Assembly (NCBI GenBank): GCA_963803435.1
Contig: CAWDML010000012.1
Coordinates: 32,001 to 96,000, forward strand
Source of the DNA: an uncultured delta proteobacterium
GTDB lineage: Bacteria; Myxococcota; Kuafuiibacteriia; Kuafuiibacteriales; Kuafuiibacteriaceae
DNA length: 64,000 nt
Reading direction: 5' to 3'
This document shows, piece after piece, positions 63,066 through 64,000 of the stretch; position 1 is the stretch's first letter; each line of letters starts with the position of its first letter. Position numbers and translations under genes: made by a program. Under the pieces are notes generated by a model. It saw nothing but the letters and a program-made list of their open reading frames with translations, made no database searches and was not told the origin of the DNA.

Positions 63066-63207
63066 CGACGACGCCTAGAATCCCCCGATGAGAACCGCCT
63101 CGTCACGTGATTCAAATCACCGGTGGCGAACAAGAACACGCCAAACTTTGGAGCTCGTGTCGACAGCCCGACCGAAGGGCGCTAGTTGTGGGGGTATCGC
63201 GTTGGTC

Positions 63208-64000
63208 GTGGTGGACCGGATCGCATCGCTGAGCCCCGAACACCGGCGGGGAATTGATCGGTTCCGGCGCCGAATCGTGGAGTTCGTCGCAGGCGGGCTT
63301 CTGTCCCGGGCGCAGGGCGACATCATCGTCGAGCACCTCATTCGCCTGGGTGAGCGGGGCCGCAACCCGGCCAATACCGGCAACATCGAGGACCTCTTCT
63401 GCTACACGCTCACGGACACCGGAGACCCGATCCGGGCGTTCGCCCAGGCGTTGGCCGACTCGGTGAAGGTGGTCCCAATGGAGGAGGACGCCAAGCTGCG
63501 CCCCGTGATGCGGCGGCCCGACGGCTCCCGCTGGTATCGGCGCGTCCGCGACTTCGATCATCTCAGCCCGGGCGACAAGATGCTGGTGACGCACACCATG
63601 GTCGCCTACGGCGACAAGGAGATGTGGGCGTCCGCGGCGAGCCTCATCCGCGCGTCCCATCCTTCGTACGGCGAGCGCGAGATCCATCGCGAAGTGGCAC
63701 GCATGGCCGTGCAGTCGCAGCACCTCCCGAGCTCGACGTTCGTGCTGGCGCGGGCCCGCGGTCTCACCATCGACTGCGAGGAGCTCTACCGCGAGGCCGA
63801 GTACACCGCCGCGCAGGTCGCGGACGCACAGGCCTTCTACGACGTCTGCGCCGAGTTCGACCCGGAGTGGGCCGAGAAGCACTTCCTGTTCGGCAACATC
63901 CCCGACTCGAACGAATGGTTCCACTGGCGGAGCCGCTACCTGGATCTGCGCGCCCGCCTGCCGGCCGAGCTCATCTATCAGCTCTCGAGCGACACGCTGA
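63208..64000 (+). CDS. Hypothetical protein, 3'-truncated by the window edge
   Basis: Stop-free frame with strong GC3 (...EEDAKLRPVMRRPDGSRWYRRVRDFDHL...FLFGNIPDSNEWFHWRSRY...); start approximate; absent from the ORF track because it has no stop. Confidence 0.7.
   Translation, partial: MVDRIASLSPEHRRGIDRFRRRIVEFVAGGLLSRAQGDIIVEHLIRLGERGRNPANTGNIEDLFCYTLTDTGDPIRAFAQALADSVKVVPMEEDAKLRPVMRRPDGSRWYRRVRDFDHLSPGDKMLVTHTMVAYGDKEMWASAASLIRASHPSYGEREIHREVARMAVQSQHLPSSTFVLARARGLTIDCEELYREAEYTAAQVADAQAFYDVCAEFDPEWAEKHFLFGNIPDSNEWFHWRSRYLDLRARLPAELIYQLSSDTL

Overview
High-GC bacterial chromosome segment with Myxococcota-like content: many Cys-rich lipoproteins, a MYXO-CTERM-like protease tail, Ser/Thr kinases and an ECF/FecR module. 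Housekeeping genes are the clpX 3' end, kdsB-pyrG-kdsA-kdsC, HU, a KamA-family radical SAM, serS, uppP, nfeD, family-4 UDG and coaBC. Main observations: (1) a ~2,270-aa polymorphic-toxin-like gene (18155-24983, minus) with a papain/transglutaminase-like Cys-His-Asp domain followed by an EndoU-like domain, coupled to a peptidoglycan-binding-domain protein and a degenerate FHA protein; (2) four reading-frame lesions in three otherwise intact genes all sit at the C of a GATC, pointing to GATC methylation-linked basecalling error or mutation; (3) three copies of GGGAAGG-N15-GGCACTCA beside an ECF sigma/anti-sigma cluster, probably its promoter; (4) a PHM/DBM-type copper monooxygenase with His in place of the CuM Met; (5) an inverted-repeat-bounded, decayed IS5-like element carrying a four-helix-bundle gene; (6) a heme-c/lipoprotein/Tat three-gene cluster. 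No rRNA, tRNA or CRISPR array was seen. All family calls are by-eye motif recognition, not database searches.
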